Below are positions 1 through 8,653 of a stretch of DNA of 64,000 nt, piece by piece. The notes beneath the pieces are model-generated. The model was not told the origin of the DNA and did not search any database. It was given only the letters and a program-made list of their open reading frames with translations. The first letter of the stretch is position 1. Every line of letters starts with the position of its first letter. The stretch is from Candidatus Poseidoniales archaeon. Lineage in GTDB: Archaea > Thermoplasmatota > Poseidoniia > Poseidoniales > Poseidoniaceae. A program made the translations under genes and the position numbers. Where the stretch lies: NCBI GenBank assembly GCA_003602575.1, contig QQRY01000001.1:6856-70855 (forward strand), given 5' to 3'.

Positions 1-280
1 TGCGCTCTCCCATGTCGATGGACCTAGAGTTAAGAAAGAAGCCTCATTTTTATCAAAAAGACTGGAGACGCTTAGATTGAGCAAGAATATCACTAATGAT
101 GCGTACCTCGATGCCGGCGCAATTCAGGGGGCATTTGAGATGATTGCGCACTTGATCGACATGGGTGTTTCCCAAAAAGAAATTCATTCACAACTTAGGC
201 AACAATTAGACCGTGCTAGGAATATCGAGTTAAAACATCCTGGCTTGAATGAAGCAATAGAACAAGGACGTGCGAGTTGA
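1..280 (+). CDS. 3' end of a protein-coding gene that starts upstream of the window; product unknown
   Basis: The frame of ORF 77..280 stays open back to nt 2 (ALSHVDGPRVKKEASFLSKRLETLRLSKNI...). No family motif recognised. Confidence 0.35.
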   Translation, partial: ALSHVDGPRVKKEASFLSKRLETLRLSKNITNDAYLDAGAIQGAFEMIAHLIDMGVSQKEIHSQLRQQLDRARNIELKHPGLNEAIEQGRAS

Positions 281-1122
281 TACTTTACATGACTGAAACT
301 CTAATGACAATATCCAATGTCTCCAAGAGTTTTGGCGAAGTTGAAGCATTAAGAGAAATTTCACTTGAGATTAATTCAGGCGAAGTTGTAGGCTTAGTTG
401 GAAGTAATGGTGCTGGTAAAACGACACTGCTTCGATTAATGTCTGGAGTCTACAAACCAACAAGCGGTTCTGTTTGCTTGGATGATGGCACTCCTGTAGA
501 TAAGATGCGTCAGCGTTTGGGCGTTGTACCTGAATCTACCGGCCTGTATTCTCGCCTAACTGCATGGGAAAATATTCGATACCATAGCAGAATGCATGGA
601 ATAGATGATGATGATTCATGGAATCGAACATCTAGATTTGCCAAACATTTAGACATGCTGGAAAATCTTGGCAGACACACCAAGGGATTTTCCAGGGGTA
701 TGAAACAGAAAACAGCACTTTTGCGTGCTTTAGCTCATGGCCCTAGTGTACTACTTCTTGATGAACCAACCGCAGGTCTTGATATAACAAGTGCTAGAAC
801 CGTACGCGCTCTAGTTAAGCAACTTAGAGATGAAGGTGGCACAATTGTATATTCTACCCATCATTTAGCAGAAGCGGAACAAGTTTGTGATCGAATTATC
901 ATAATCCATAATGGAGACATTCAGGCAGATGGTTCACCTGCCGAACTTCTTGAAGATACTAACTCTAAAAATCTAGAAGAAGCATATGTATCTCTAACTC
1001 AAGAAAAGGCAAGACCTCGTAATGATGACTTAGAATCTGAAGGGAAGTTTACTCGCTGGTGGAGGAGATTGTTCACTCCTAGAACTCCAAAAACAATTTT
1101 AGGAGATGATTCAAGTGAGTAA
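277..1122 (+). CDS. ABC transporter ATP-binding protein
   Basis: Walker A GSNGAGKTT. Walker B LLLDEPTAGLD. ABC signature region FSRGMKQK. Its stop overlaps the downstream permease start. Confidence 0.85.
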   Translation: MILYMTETLMTISNVSKSFGEVEALREISLEINSGEVVGLVGSNGAGKTTLLRLMSGVYKPTSGSVCLDDGTPVDKMRQRLGVVPESTGLYSRLTAWENIRYHSRMHGIDDDDSWNRTSRFAKHLDMLENLGRHTKGFSRGMKQKTALLRALAHGPSVLLLDEPTAGLDITSARTVRALVKQLRDEGGTIVYSTHHLAEAEQVCDRIIIIHNGDIQADGSPAELLEDTNSKNLEEAYVSLTQEKARPRNDDLESEGKFTRWWRRLFTPRTPKTILGDDSSE

Positions 1123-2335
1123 CGGTTCTTTTAACAGAGTTAAGTCCATTGCTAAGAAGGAAGTCATTGAATTTACTAGAGATTGGCGCACAATTATCGC
1201 AATTATCGTCATTCCAATACTCATGTTCCCACTCTTATTTATCATGTTTCCATTATTACTAGAATCTGAGGCTGCAGAACTAAATTCAATTGTTGTTGAT
1301 GTGGTAATCCAATCAGAGGAAACTCCTGATGTTTTAATCGAGGAGTTTAATACTTCAACAATGAATATCTTGGAAGAAAACCTCTCCAATGTTTCCCCTT
1401 TATCCGAGCCTGGAGATGATCTTGAGCGGCTGAGAAGTTTGTCAGTTGATGCAATTTTAAGAGTAGAACAAAGAGACGATGTTTGGTATTATGCAATTCT
1501 TCATATTTCTACTTCTGAAAGTTCTAATGAAGCTAGAAGCCGCATCATTGAAGGATTAATTGTGTGGGAAAATAACGAGACTCAAAGAATAATTTCTGAG
1601 CAAGGTCTGGATGTTAATTCAACGCTTAATCCTGTAAGATGGGATGGCGATGTATCTCAAGGAGATGTTGCAACTGAAGGTGAACAGGCCGGAATGGTTT
1701 TGTCCCTATTTATCCCACTAGTATTGGCGGTTTGGACCTTTTCTAGTGCCATTCAACCATCCATTGATATGACTGCTGGTGAACGTGAGCGAGGGACCTT
1801 GGAAGCGTTACTGAGTCTGCCATGTACGCGAAATGAACTTCTACTAGGTAAATGGCTAGGAGTTGCTACTATTACAGGTGTTGGCGTAATTCTACAAATT
1901 TTCGGATTATTATTTGCAATTGGATATCTTGCCACCTCAAGTATAATTGGAATTCCGGATTTGTCATTAGAGGCCATTTTGTTGATCGTTATATCAATAA
2001 TGCTTTTTGCAGTCATGGTTGTAGCACTAGAACTAGCATTGGCAATGAGATCTCATAGTGTAAAAGAAGCTGGTTCAATACTTGGTCCTGCAATAATTTT
2101 GATTATATTCCCTGCATTATTTACACAAGTAATAAATTTGGATGGTGTCGAGAACTTTTGGTTTGCAGTACCTGTGGTGAATGTACTGTTAGCATTACGA
2201 GAATTGTTAATGGATAGAGTGATTGTAGAGCATATCGCAATATGGTTTGGTACTTCACTATTGTACGCACTTATGGCTGCTTATTATGCAGCTAAGCAGT
2301 TCGGTAGAGAAGACATCGTTACAAGTCTTTCATGA
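1106..2335 (+). CDS. ABC-2 family permease (membrane subunit of the upstream ATPase)
   Basis: Overlaps the ATPase stop. N-terminal TM helix, a large extracytoplasmic loop, then about 5 C-terminal TM helices, typical of ABC-2 permeases. AGGAG precedes an alternative GTG at 1115. Confidence 0.7.
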   Translation: MIQVSNGSFNRVKSIAKKEVIEFTRDWRTIIAIIVIPILMFPLLFIMFPLLLESEAAELNSIVVDVVIQSEETPDVLIEEFNTSTMNILEENLSNVSPLSEPGDDLERLRSLSVDAILRVEQRDDVWYYAILHISTSESSNEARSRIIEGLIVWENNETQRIISEQGLDVNSTLNPVRWDGDVSQGDVATEGEQAGMVLSLFIPLVLAVWTFSSAIQPSIDMTAGERERGTLEALLSLPCTRNELLLGKWLGVATITGVGVILQIFGLLFAIGYLATSSIIGIPDLSLEAILLIVISIMLFAVMVVALELALAMRSHSVKEAGSILGPAIILIIFPALFTQVINLDGVENFWFAVPVVNVLLALRELLMDRVIVEHIAIWFGTSLLYALMAAYYAAKQFGREDIVTSLS

Positions 2336-3832
2336 AAATGCTTTGATAGCATCTCTAACAATATCGATTATCATATCTATTTCGGCAGATGTAATTCTAA
2401 AGTGAGGTGTGAATCTCAAAGCATTGATTCCACCGTGTATGACGCCAAGACCGCGCCTTCTGCACCAAGGCTCTACAGCATCGAAACCCACTACTGGGAA
2501 TCGTGAAGGGTCTAATTCTGCACTTACTAGCAGGCCAGTCCCCTGTACTTTAGTAATAGTGCCTGGTAATTCTTCAGCTAATTTCTTAAGTTTAGAAACA
2601 AACTCTACTCCTCTATCTCTAATATTATTGCGTAACTCTGGAGTCATTTGTTCAAGAACAGATACTGCAATTTCTAATGCTCTTGGATTGGTAGTCATAG
2701 TATTGCCATATATTCCGACTACATACATTGAGGCAGCACGATCATTCATTCCTAGAACCGAGAGAGGATACTGGCCAGCATTGATTGCCTTGGACCAAGT
2801 TTCTAAGTCCGGCGCTTCAGCATCTTGAAAACCTTCATAGTCGATAACCGATAAACACCCTTGTCCTCTAATCCCTGCTTGTATTGAATCTACTAGGAAC
2901 ATTGAGTCATGTTCAAGCGTTAGTTTCCTCGCTTCATCATAGAATTCTCTAGAAATGCACTGTCCGGGATTGCCTTCCCCTTGTACCGGTTCAACTGCTA
3001 ATAATTCAATAAAGAATTTTTCATCTACCGAGCGCTGATACACTTCACGTAGAGATTCTATGTCATTTGCTGGCACTAGAATTAGGTTGTCTCGATTCTG
3101 AAAACTTGCAAGATTCTTGTCATATCCAGACATGCATGAATGGGAAATTTGAGCAGGTCTATCGGTACGTCCATGAAAACTTCTAACAATCGAGACCATC
3201 TTGATTGGATATCCTTCATACTTAGCTCCCTTAGCTGTCATTCTGTTCGCATTTACATCAGCAATTCTCAAAGCAACTGTCACAGACTCAGAACCACTAT
3301 TCATACAGATGAATTTTGAGAATGGGCAATTACCTCTTGTATGGCCCAGTTCAGCTTTGAGAGCTTCAGACAATCTCTTTTGACTAAATGATGGAGTCAT
3401 TACATTAGCCATGACCCAATTTTTTGACATGGTTGAAATGACCGAATCTGGGCCATGACCGGCACCCAACATACCATATCCGCCATTATCATGGACAACT
3501 GCTCCATGAGAGGTTACAATCCATGGACCTTTTGCTGAAAGAGCTACATAGGGATTTACAGTAGCAGGTGCATAAAAATTAACAATATCACTTTGAAGAT
3601 CTTCTACCAATAATTTCTCTTCCATCATCATTAAATCGCCACCCATTGTATTGATTAATTCAATGTGATTTTCATAACCTTCCTTAATTGCAGTAATCAG
3701 AGTTTCATCTATTTCACAGAAGCGCAAAATCACATCATCGGGTAGACCTGCAGTATCCATAATGCCGCTATTTTTCCTTATGGCGTGCAACTTAGACAAA
3801 ACTCCGTCGGTATCGAACATTACTGTCATCAA
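2330..3832 (-). CDS. PLP-dependent class-III aminotransferase family protein with an ~90-aa N-terminal extension
   Basis: Class-III landmarks: FHGRTDRP; LVDSIQAGIRGQG in place of the DEVQTG box; a candidate PLP lysine in TWSKAINAG. Divergent from the preQ0 operon. Confidence 0.75.
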   Translation of the reverse strand: MMTVMFDTDGVLSKLHAIRKNSGIMDTAGLPDDVILRFCEIDETLITAIKEGYENHIELINTMGGDLMMMEEKLLVEDLQSDIVNFYAPATVNPYVALSAKGPWIVTSHGAVVHDNGGYGMLGAGHGPDSVISTMSKNWVMANVMTPSFSQKRLSEALKAELGHTRGNCPFSKFICMNSGSESVTVALRIADVNANRMTAKGAKYEGYPIKMVSIVRSFHGRTDRPAQISHSCMSGYDKNLASFQNRDNLILVPANDIESLREVYQRSVDEKFFIELLAVEPVQGEGNPGQCISREFYDEARKLTLEHDSMFLVDSIQAGIRGQGCLSVIDYEGFQDAEAPDLETWSKAINAGQYPLSVLGMNDRAASMYVVGIYGNTMTTNPRALEIAVSVLEQMTPELRNNIRDRGVEFVSKLKKLAEELPGTITKVQGTGLLVSAELDPSRFPVVGFDAVEPWCRRRGLGVIHGGINALRFTPHFRITSAEIDMIIDIVRDAIKAFS

Positions 3833-3960
3833 CCATTCTCCATTGGCGGAGCCTATTCAACATTCGCTTTTGATGATGGGAAATAGTTCTAAAACAATAT
3901 TAAATAATACTATAGTAATACCAGAGTAATACTAAATAACACCTGCCCCCAGCGATGTTC

Positions 3961-4140
3961 ATGCCTAAGGTTTCACTTGATATGCCGGCTGAGATAATAG
4001 TTGACTTGCGATTGCATGTTGGCGATGAGAGAAAGTTTGTCAGTTTAGCTGATGCGATAAGGACTGCATGTCGGAAACTACTCGATCAACTCGATGAAAT
4101 AGATTCTAGGCATGGAAGAAATAATGGAGATGAATTATAA
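3961..4140 (+). CDS. small ribbon-helix-helix (CopG/NikR-like) DNA-binding protein, putative regulator of the downstream operon
   Basis: N-terminus MPKVSLDMPAEIIVDLRL fits the RHH beta-strand pattern. Its stop overlaps the folE ATG at 4140. The track start at 3955 is an in-frame alternative. Confidence 0.45.
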   Translation: MPKVSLDMPAEIIVDLRLHVGDERKFVSLADAIRTACRKLLDQLDEIDSRHGRNNGDEL

Positions 4141-4709
4141 TGACGACTAGAGAGAAAGCGATGGAAGCAGTAACAACTTTACTTTCATATTTGGAGGATG
4201 ATTATGAGCGCGAAGGGTTACTTTCAACGCCTAAAAGAGTAATTGATTCTTGGGATGAAATTTTTTCCGGATACAATGAAGATTCTGGTGATATATTAGA
4301 TGCTACATTCAATGGAGAAGGTTATGATGGAATTGTACTACTAAGAGACATAGAATTCCATTCGACTTGTGAACATCATTTACAACCATTCAATGGTAGA
4401 GCTCATGTTGCATACATACCCGTAGACAGAATTGTAGGGATTAGTAAATTATCTCGTATTGTCGACTTACATGCAAAGAGGTTGCAGAACCAAGAGAGAA
4501 TAACCAAGGGGATAGCAGATGATTTAGAATCTCATCTATCTCCACTGGGTGCTGCGGTGATTATCGAAGCATCGCATGGTTGTATGAGGTGTCGTGGTGT
4601 CAAAAAACAGAATGCTGTAATGACTACATCTGCCATGCGCGGAGTATTTTTTGAAAAGCAAGAAGCTAGACAGGAATTAATGCAACTGATACAAGCAAAA
4701 CCACTTTGA
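4140..4709 (+). CDS. folE: GTP cyclohydrolase I (FolE)
   Basis: FolE-family motifs: EFHSTCEHHLQPFNG (Zn-binding CEHH) and RLQNQERIT. Confidence 0.85.
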   Translation: MTTREKAMEAVTTLLSYLEDDYEREGLLSTPKRVIDSWDEIFSGYNEDSGDILDATFNGEGYDGIVLLRDIEFHSTCEHHLQPFNGRAHVAYIPVDRIVGISKLSRIVDLHAKRLQNQERITKGIADDLESHLSPLGAAVIIEASHGCMRCRGVKKQNAVMTTSAMRGVFFEKQEARQELMQLIQAKPL

Positions 4710-4733
4710 GTAAAAATGAGATGAGAGATTGCC

Positions 4734-5330
4734 ATGGCGAAATATCCGATTGTCGAAATATTTCACTCAGTACAAGGTGAAGCATACCATATGGGTAAGC
4801 CTCATGTTTTTGTGAGATTTGGGAATTGTAATTTGAGATGTGAGTGGTGTGATACAAATTTCCTAGATTATGAGGAAATGGAATTAAGTTCGATCGTTGA
4901 AGTTGTACTTTCATATAACTGTGAGCGTGTGATATTCACTGGTGGGGAACCTTGTCTTCAAGACCTAGATACAATTGGGAGGGAATTGAAAAAGCATGGC
5001 CTAAACCTTTCTGTCGAAACGAATGGTACTATCGAAGTACCAGATATCATCGATTGGATTTGTGTATCTCCTAAAGATCAATTATATCCTAATAGTAAAA
5101 TTTCTCAAACCTCTGGCGATGAGTTGAAAGTTGTATATTGCGGACAGGATTTATCCATGTATGATGATTTGAAAGATGGTTTTTCACATCTTTATATCCA
5201 ACCCTGTTATATCGATAGTATGTCTGTTGAAGAGAATGGTAAGAACTTCGCAATTGTCGAAGATTTGGTAAAAAATAATCCCGGCTGGAGATTATCATTA
5301 CAAACTCATAAGTGGATGGGGGTGGATTAA
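4734..5330 (+). CDS. queE: 7-carboxy-7-deazaguanine synthase (QueE), radical SAM
   Basis: VFVRFGNCNLRCEWCDT carries the QueE-type CxxxCxxC cluster motif. Size and gene context fit. Confidence 0.85.
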   Translation: MAKYPIVEIFHSVQGEAYHMGKPHVFVRFGNCNLRCEWCDTNFLDYEEMELSSIVEVVLSYNCERVIFTGGEPCLQDLDTIGRELKKHGLNLSVETNGTIEVPDIIDWICVSPKDQLYPNSKISQTSGDELKVVYCGQDLSMYDDLKDGFSHLYIQPCYIDSMSVEENGKNFAIVEDLVKNNPGWRLSLQTHKWMGVD

Positions 5331-5345
5331 ATCAATATCGCAGTC

Positions 5346-6482
5346 ATGGCACTCAGTGGAGGTATGGATTCGACATCCTTGCTTCTAAGATTGTTGAAAG
5401 AAGGTAATGAAGTATATTGTATCTCATATGAATATGGTCAGAAGCACAGGATTGAAATCGATAGATCTGTACTGAATATCAAATACTTAAGGAGTGAAAA
5501 TTTCAACGTAGTTCACCAAATTGTTGATTTAGAAGGTGCCATGAGTATATTCAATAGTTCTCTGTTAAACGAAGGTTATGATGTACCTGAAGGTCATTAT
5601 GAAGAGGAGCAAATGAAATCTACTGTAGTTCCAAATCGTAATGCCATTTTCTCATCAATTCTATACGGTTATGCACTTTCATTGGCAGTTAAGCATGAAA
5701 CAAATGTAAAGATTGCTTTAGGCGTTCATTCCGGAGACCATGCTATATATCCGGATTGCAGACCACAATTCTACAAAGCTTTGGAACATGCCTTTCAAAT
5801 TGGTAACTGGGATAGTGAAAAAGTATCATTTGAATTACCATATATCGATGGTGATAAAGAATCAATACTATTGGATGCACTGAACTCATGTGAAAAACTT
5901 GGAGTTGATTTCGATACAATATTTTCCAATACAAATACTTCTTACAATCCAGACTCAGAAGGTAGAAGCTCAGGCAAGAGTGGAGCAGATATTGAACGGA
6001 TTTTGGCGTTCAAAGCCATTGGAAGAATAGACCCCGTTGAATATACTGAACCATGGGAAGTAGTTTTATCTAACGCGGTAAAGGTGGAAATGATCCATAA
6101 AGACCAATACTATCGGGAAAAGTTAACTGAATTACAGTATATGGTGACTAGGCAAGGAGGAACTGAAAGAGCATTCACTGGGATATATGATAAAGAAAGT
6201 CGAGAAGGTATTTACCGTTGTATTTGTTGTGAACATATACTATTCACATCATTAAATAAATATGATTCAGGTTGTGGGTGGCCTGCCTTCCATAGTGAGT
6301 CGGAAGGGGCTGAAATAATACGCATACAAGACAATAGTATGGGGATGTCACGAATTGAAGTTCGATGCTCTAAATGTGATGCGCACCTTGGGCATGTATT
6401 CCAGGACGGTCCGAGGTCATATGGCGGAGAAAGGTATTGTATCAATTCAGCATCATTAGATTTCGAGGAGGAATCATTATGA
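5346..6482 (+). CDS. queC: QueC-like 7-cyano-7-deazaguanine synthase domain fused to a methionine sulfoxide reductase B (MsrB/SelR) domain
   Basis: N-terminal half carries the QueC PP-loop SGGMDSTS, YPDCRPQF and VPNRNAIF. C-terminal ~130 aa is a complete MsrB: TRQGGTERAF, the CxxC pairs CICC and CSKC, GCGWPAF, HLGHVF, catalytic RYCINSASL. There is no stop between the two domains. Confidence 0.8.
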   Translation: MALSGGMDSTSLLLRLLKEGNEVYCISYEYGQKHRIEIDRSVLNIKYLRSENFNVVHQIVDLEGAMSIFNSSLLNEGYDVPEGHYEEEQMKSTVVPNRNAIFSSILYGYALSLAVKHETNVKIALGVHSGDHAIYPDCRPQFYKALEHAFQIGNWDSEKVSFELPYIDGDKESILLDALNSCEKLGVDFDTIFSNTNTSYNPDSEGRSSGKSGADIERILAFKAIGRIDPVEYTEPWEVVLSNAVKVEMIHKDQYYREKLTELQYMVTRQGGTERAFTGIYDKESREGIYRCICCEHILFTSLNKYDSGCGWPAFHSESEGAEIIRIQDNSMGMSRIEVRCSKCDAHLGHVFQDGPRSYGGERYCINSASLDFEEESL

Positions 6483-6928
6483 CAACATACATTAGAAGAT
6501 ACGTAGAAACTGATACTGGACATAGAGTGCCAAATCATAAGAGCAAATGTAAGCACATGCATGGTCATCGTTATAGATTTGAAGCTGAAATAGAGGGCGA
6601 TGTAGTCACTCAAAAGGGTGTTTCAGAAGAGGGCATGTTGATGGACTTTTCAGATATTAGTGCGATATTAACAACTCATATTCATGATGTAGTCGACCAT
6701 GCTTTTGTAGTCTACCAAGGAGATGATTTGGCTTTGAGTGCACTTGAGTTAATGGGTGATGAGCACAGAACTGTAATAGTCGACTTCATACCAACTGCTG
6801 AAAATCTAGCAAAGTGGGCATTTGAACAAATTGAACCACTAATTTCTACCGCTTACGGGAATAGATTGAAACTTGTTGCAATGCATGTCCGTGAAACACC
6901 AAAGAGTATTGCAACTTGGAAGCCATAG
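6479..6928 (+). CDS. queD: 6-carboxy-5,6,7,8-tetrahydropterin synthase (QueD/PTPS family)
   Basis: CKHMHGHRY matches the QueD CxxHGH motif. GAGGAGG lies 7 nt upstream of the ATG at 6479, which overlaps the queC-msrB stop (ATGA). The track start at 6437 is a TTG and is unlikely. Confidence 0.85.
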   Translation: MTTYIRRYVETDTGHRVPNHKSKCKHMHGHRYRFEAEIEGDVVTQKGVSEEGMLMDFSDISAILTTHIHDVVDHAFVVYQGDDLALSALELMGDEHRTVIVDFIPTAENLAKWAFEQIEPLISTAYGNRLKLVAMHVRETPKSIATWKP

Positions 6929-7768
6929 TCATTCTTCAGACTGCGGCTCTATTTTTCTTCTGCGCTTACTTATCCAATCTTCGTTGCCATCTACATATTG
7001 AAGTGCCGTGGTTGCATCAAGAATGCCACCTATCAGTCTTGTAGCCTCATCTTCAGTTGGCATTGATAGCATTATTGAGCGAATCATAGAATTCTTAAAA
7101 CTTGATTTACGTTCATCATTACCTGGTAATGAACTTGATAGTTCCTCGATTCCTTTAACCAGTATTTTGCGTAAATTATCATTTATTGAACGCTCTAGTG
7201 GGACTATATCTGGTAGGCTATTGTCATTACCCTGATTTTTAATAACCCTGTATTTGTGCAATTCATAAATAAATGCATTAACTGCGTGCGATAGATTTGC
7301 AATCGGGTAGCCCTCCCAAGTTGGTAGCGTTGTCAAAAAATCACACCTATCTAATTCCTCGGTAGACATTCCTTTTCCTTCCTCACCAAAAATTAGTGCC
7401 ACTTTACCATTAAATTCAAAAATTCGTTCAGAAAATTCCCATGGATATGTGAAATGACGGAAGGATGTCTTAGAACCAACCTCTCTTTTACCGGAAGTCC
7501 CAACAACTAGTGAACAATCGCTGATTGAATCTTCTAAGCTAGTGAATAATTCACAATTTTGTAGAATCGATCCTGCATGCTTAGCCCTATTCCTAGCCTC
7601 AACATCAAGGTGATCACATTTGGGATTAACCAAACGAAGACTGTCAAATCCATAATTTAGCATACTACGGCAAATAGCACCTAAGTTCCCTGGATGTGAA
7701 GTTCCAATCAAAATTATTACTAATTGATATTTGCTTTTTGGTAAAGGAATACCTTGTCGGTCGCCCAT
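6929..7768 (-). CDS. SpoU/TrmH-family (SPOUT) RNA 2'-O-methyltransferase
   Basis: LVIILIGTSHPGNLGAICRSMLNYG and ALIFGEEGKGMS are the SPOUT motifs. Confidence 0.8.
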   Translation of the reverse strand: MGDRQGIPLPKSKYQLVIILIGTSHPGNLGAICRSMLNYGFDSLRLVNPKCDHLDVEARNRAKHAGSILQNCELFTSLEDSISDCSLVVGTSGKREVGSKTSFRHFTYPWEFSERIFEFNGKVALIFGEEGKGMSTEELDRCDFLTTLPTWEGYPIANLSHAVNAFIYELHKYRVIKNQGNDNSLPDIVPLERSINDNLRKILVKGIEELSSSLPGNDERKSSFKNSMIRSIMLSMPTEDEATRLIGGILDATTALQYVDGNEDWISKRRRKIEPQSEE

Positions 7769-7987
7769 TTAATCACCATTTGAAGTAATGAATTCAGCAA
7801 TCCACCTTGGGTCACAAGGTTGGTAGATGAAAAATAGATAGCCACCATTCTCACGATCTTCCATAACGAGTGAACGTTTTCTCACAGAATACTTATTCTT
7901 TAGAAAAACTATCAATCGCTCCAATTCATCTTTGACATCGGAGTGGACGCTAACAGGATGCCTGTCCCAATCTATGCGCACTGACAC
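7769..7987 (-). CDS. hypothetical small protein
   Basis: Tightly packed within the ribosomal-protein operon (abuts the SpoU gene). No recognisable motif. Confidence 0.3.
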   Translation of the reverse strand: MSVRIDWDRHPVSVHSDVKDELERLIVFLKNKYSVRKRSLVMEDRENGGYLFFIYQPCDPRWIAEFITSNGD

Positions 7988-7999
7988 GCAAAACCCTCA

Positions 8000-8200
8000 C
8001 TAATCGACTCTTCTCTGAAGATATCTAGTTACGTAACCTGCAATCCAATTTCTAAGTTTCTTAGAACTGACGTCAGTCAATTGTGAAACAACTATCTTGT
8101 TGTGGTCGAAGTCATTAGTAAATTTCTCTCTGTGTTGCTCTACTAGTGTGATAGCTCTTATTTTGATAAAACTCGGTCTAATATTTCCCATTCTATTCAC
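8000..8200 (-). CDS. hypothetical small protein at the position usually held by eIF6/LX after rpl31e
   Basis: Overlaps the rpl31e stop by 4 nt. Weak resemblance to ribosomal protein LX is inference only. Confidence 0.3.
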   Translation of the reverse strand: MNRMGNIRPSFIKIRAITLVEQHREKFTNDFDHNKIVVSQLTDVSSKKLRNWIAGYVTRYLQRRVD

Positions 8201-8472
8201 TCCTCAAACAATTTTACTTCAATTGGAAATTCGGGGTCATCGTGTCTGATTACTTGTAATCTGACTTTACGAGGTGGATTCTCAATGCCTCTTGACCATA
8301 TGTGTTCATTGACAGTTGGATCAATATACACAGTTTCGTCTTCAGTTACTTTAAGATGCTTGATTACGTGATCTTTGATTATTTGCATTGCTCTTGGAGC
8401 GCGCTTGAATCTAGTGATATTCCAAGCATTCCTCAAAGGAACAATTAACTCTGATTCGTTAGGTCTTGCCAT
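8197..8472 (-). CDS. rpl31e: 50S ribosomal protein L31e
   Basis: MARPNESELIVPLRNAWNITRFKRAPRAMQIIKDHV fits the L31e family. Start moved to the second in-frame ATG at 8472. Confidence 0.85.
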   Translation of the reverse strand: MARPNESELIVPLRNAWNITRFKRAPRAMQIIKDHVIKHLKVTEDETVYIDPTVNEHIWSRGIENPPRKVRLQVIRHDDPEFPIEVKLFEE

Positions 8473-8483
8473 AATAAAACACC

Positions 8484-8639
8484 TCATCGTTGCAGTTTAC
8501 TGCGTCTCCAGTGATGTCGCTTTGGGTGCGATACTGTATTTCGGTCGGTCTTTAACATGACCCATACAGGGACACGTCTGTTCTGCTTCTGCACCTTCAT
8601 TAGGCGTATTTTTTTTGCTGCTGGTTTATTTCTTGACAT
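8484..8639 (-). CDS. rpl39e: 50S ribosomal protein L39e (51 aa, below the ORF-track size cutoff)
   Basis: Minus-strand translation from the ATG at 8639 gives [51 protein letters not shown], stop at 8484-8486. This matches the basic L39e family. It sits in the conserved archaeal slot between the PDCD5-like gene and rpl31e. Confidence 0.8.
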   Translation of the reverse strand: MSRNKPAAKKIRLMKVQKQNRRVPVWVMLKTDRNTVSHPKRHHWRRSKLQR

Positions 8640-8653
8640 TTTCGAGCACCTTC

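Noticed and set aside
2409-2828. Antisense or nested ORFs in the track, including 1111-1389, 1753-2016, 2409-2828, 12387-12758, 22637-22960, 24020-24265, 48261-48566 and 62080-63947
   Set aside because: Each lies inside and opposite (or out of frame with) a well-supported long gene with clear family motifs. They are low-complexity shadow ORFs with no start context.
6085-6100. MsrB as a separately translated gene starting at an internal Met (MIHKDQ...)
   Set aside because: There is no stop codon between the QueC and MsrB parts. The only upstream AGGTGG motif is 2 nt from the ATG, too close for a functional Shine-Dalgarno. Fusion is the simpler reading, though an internal start is not excluded.
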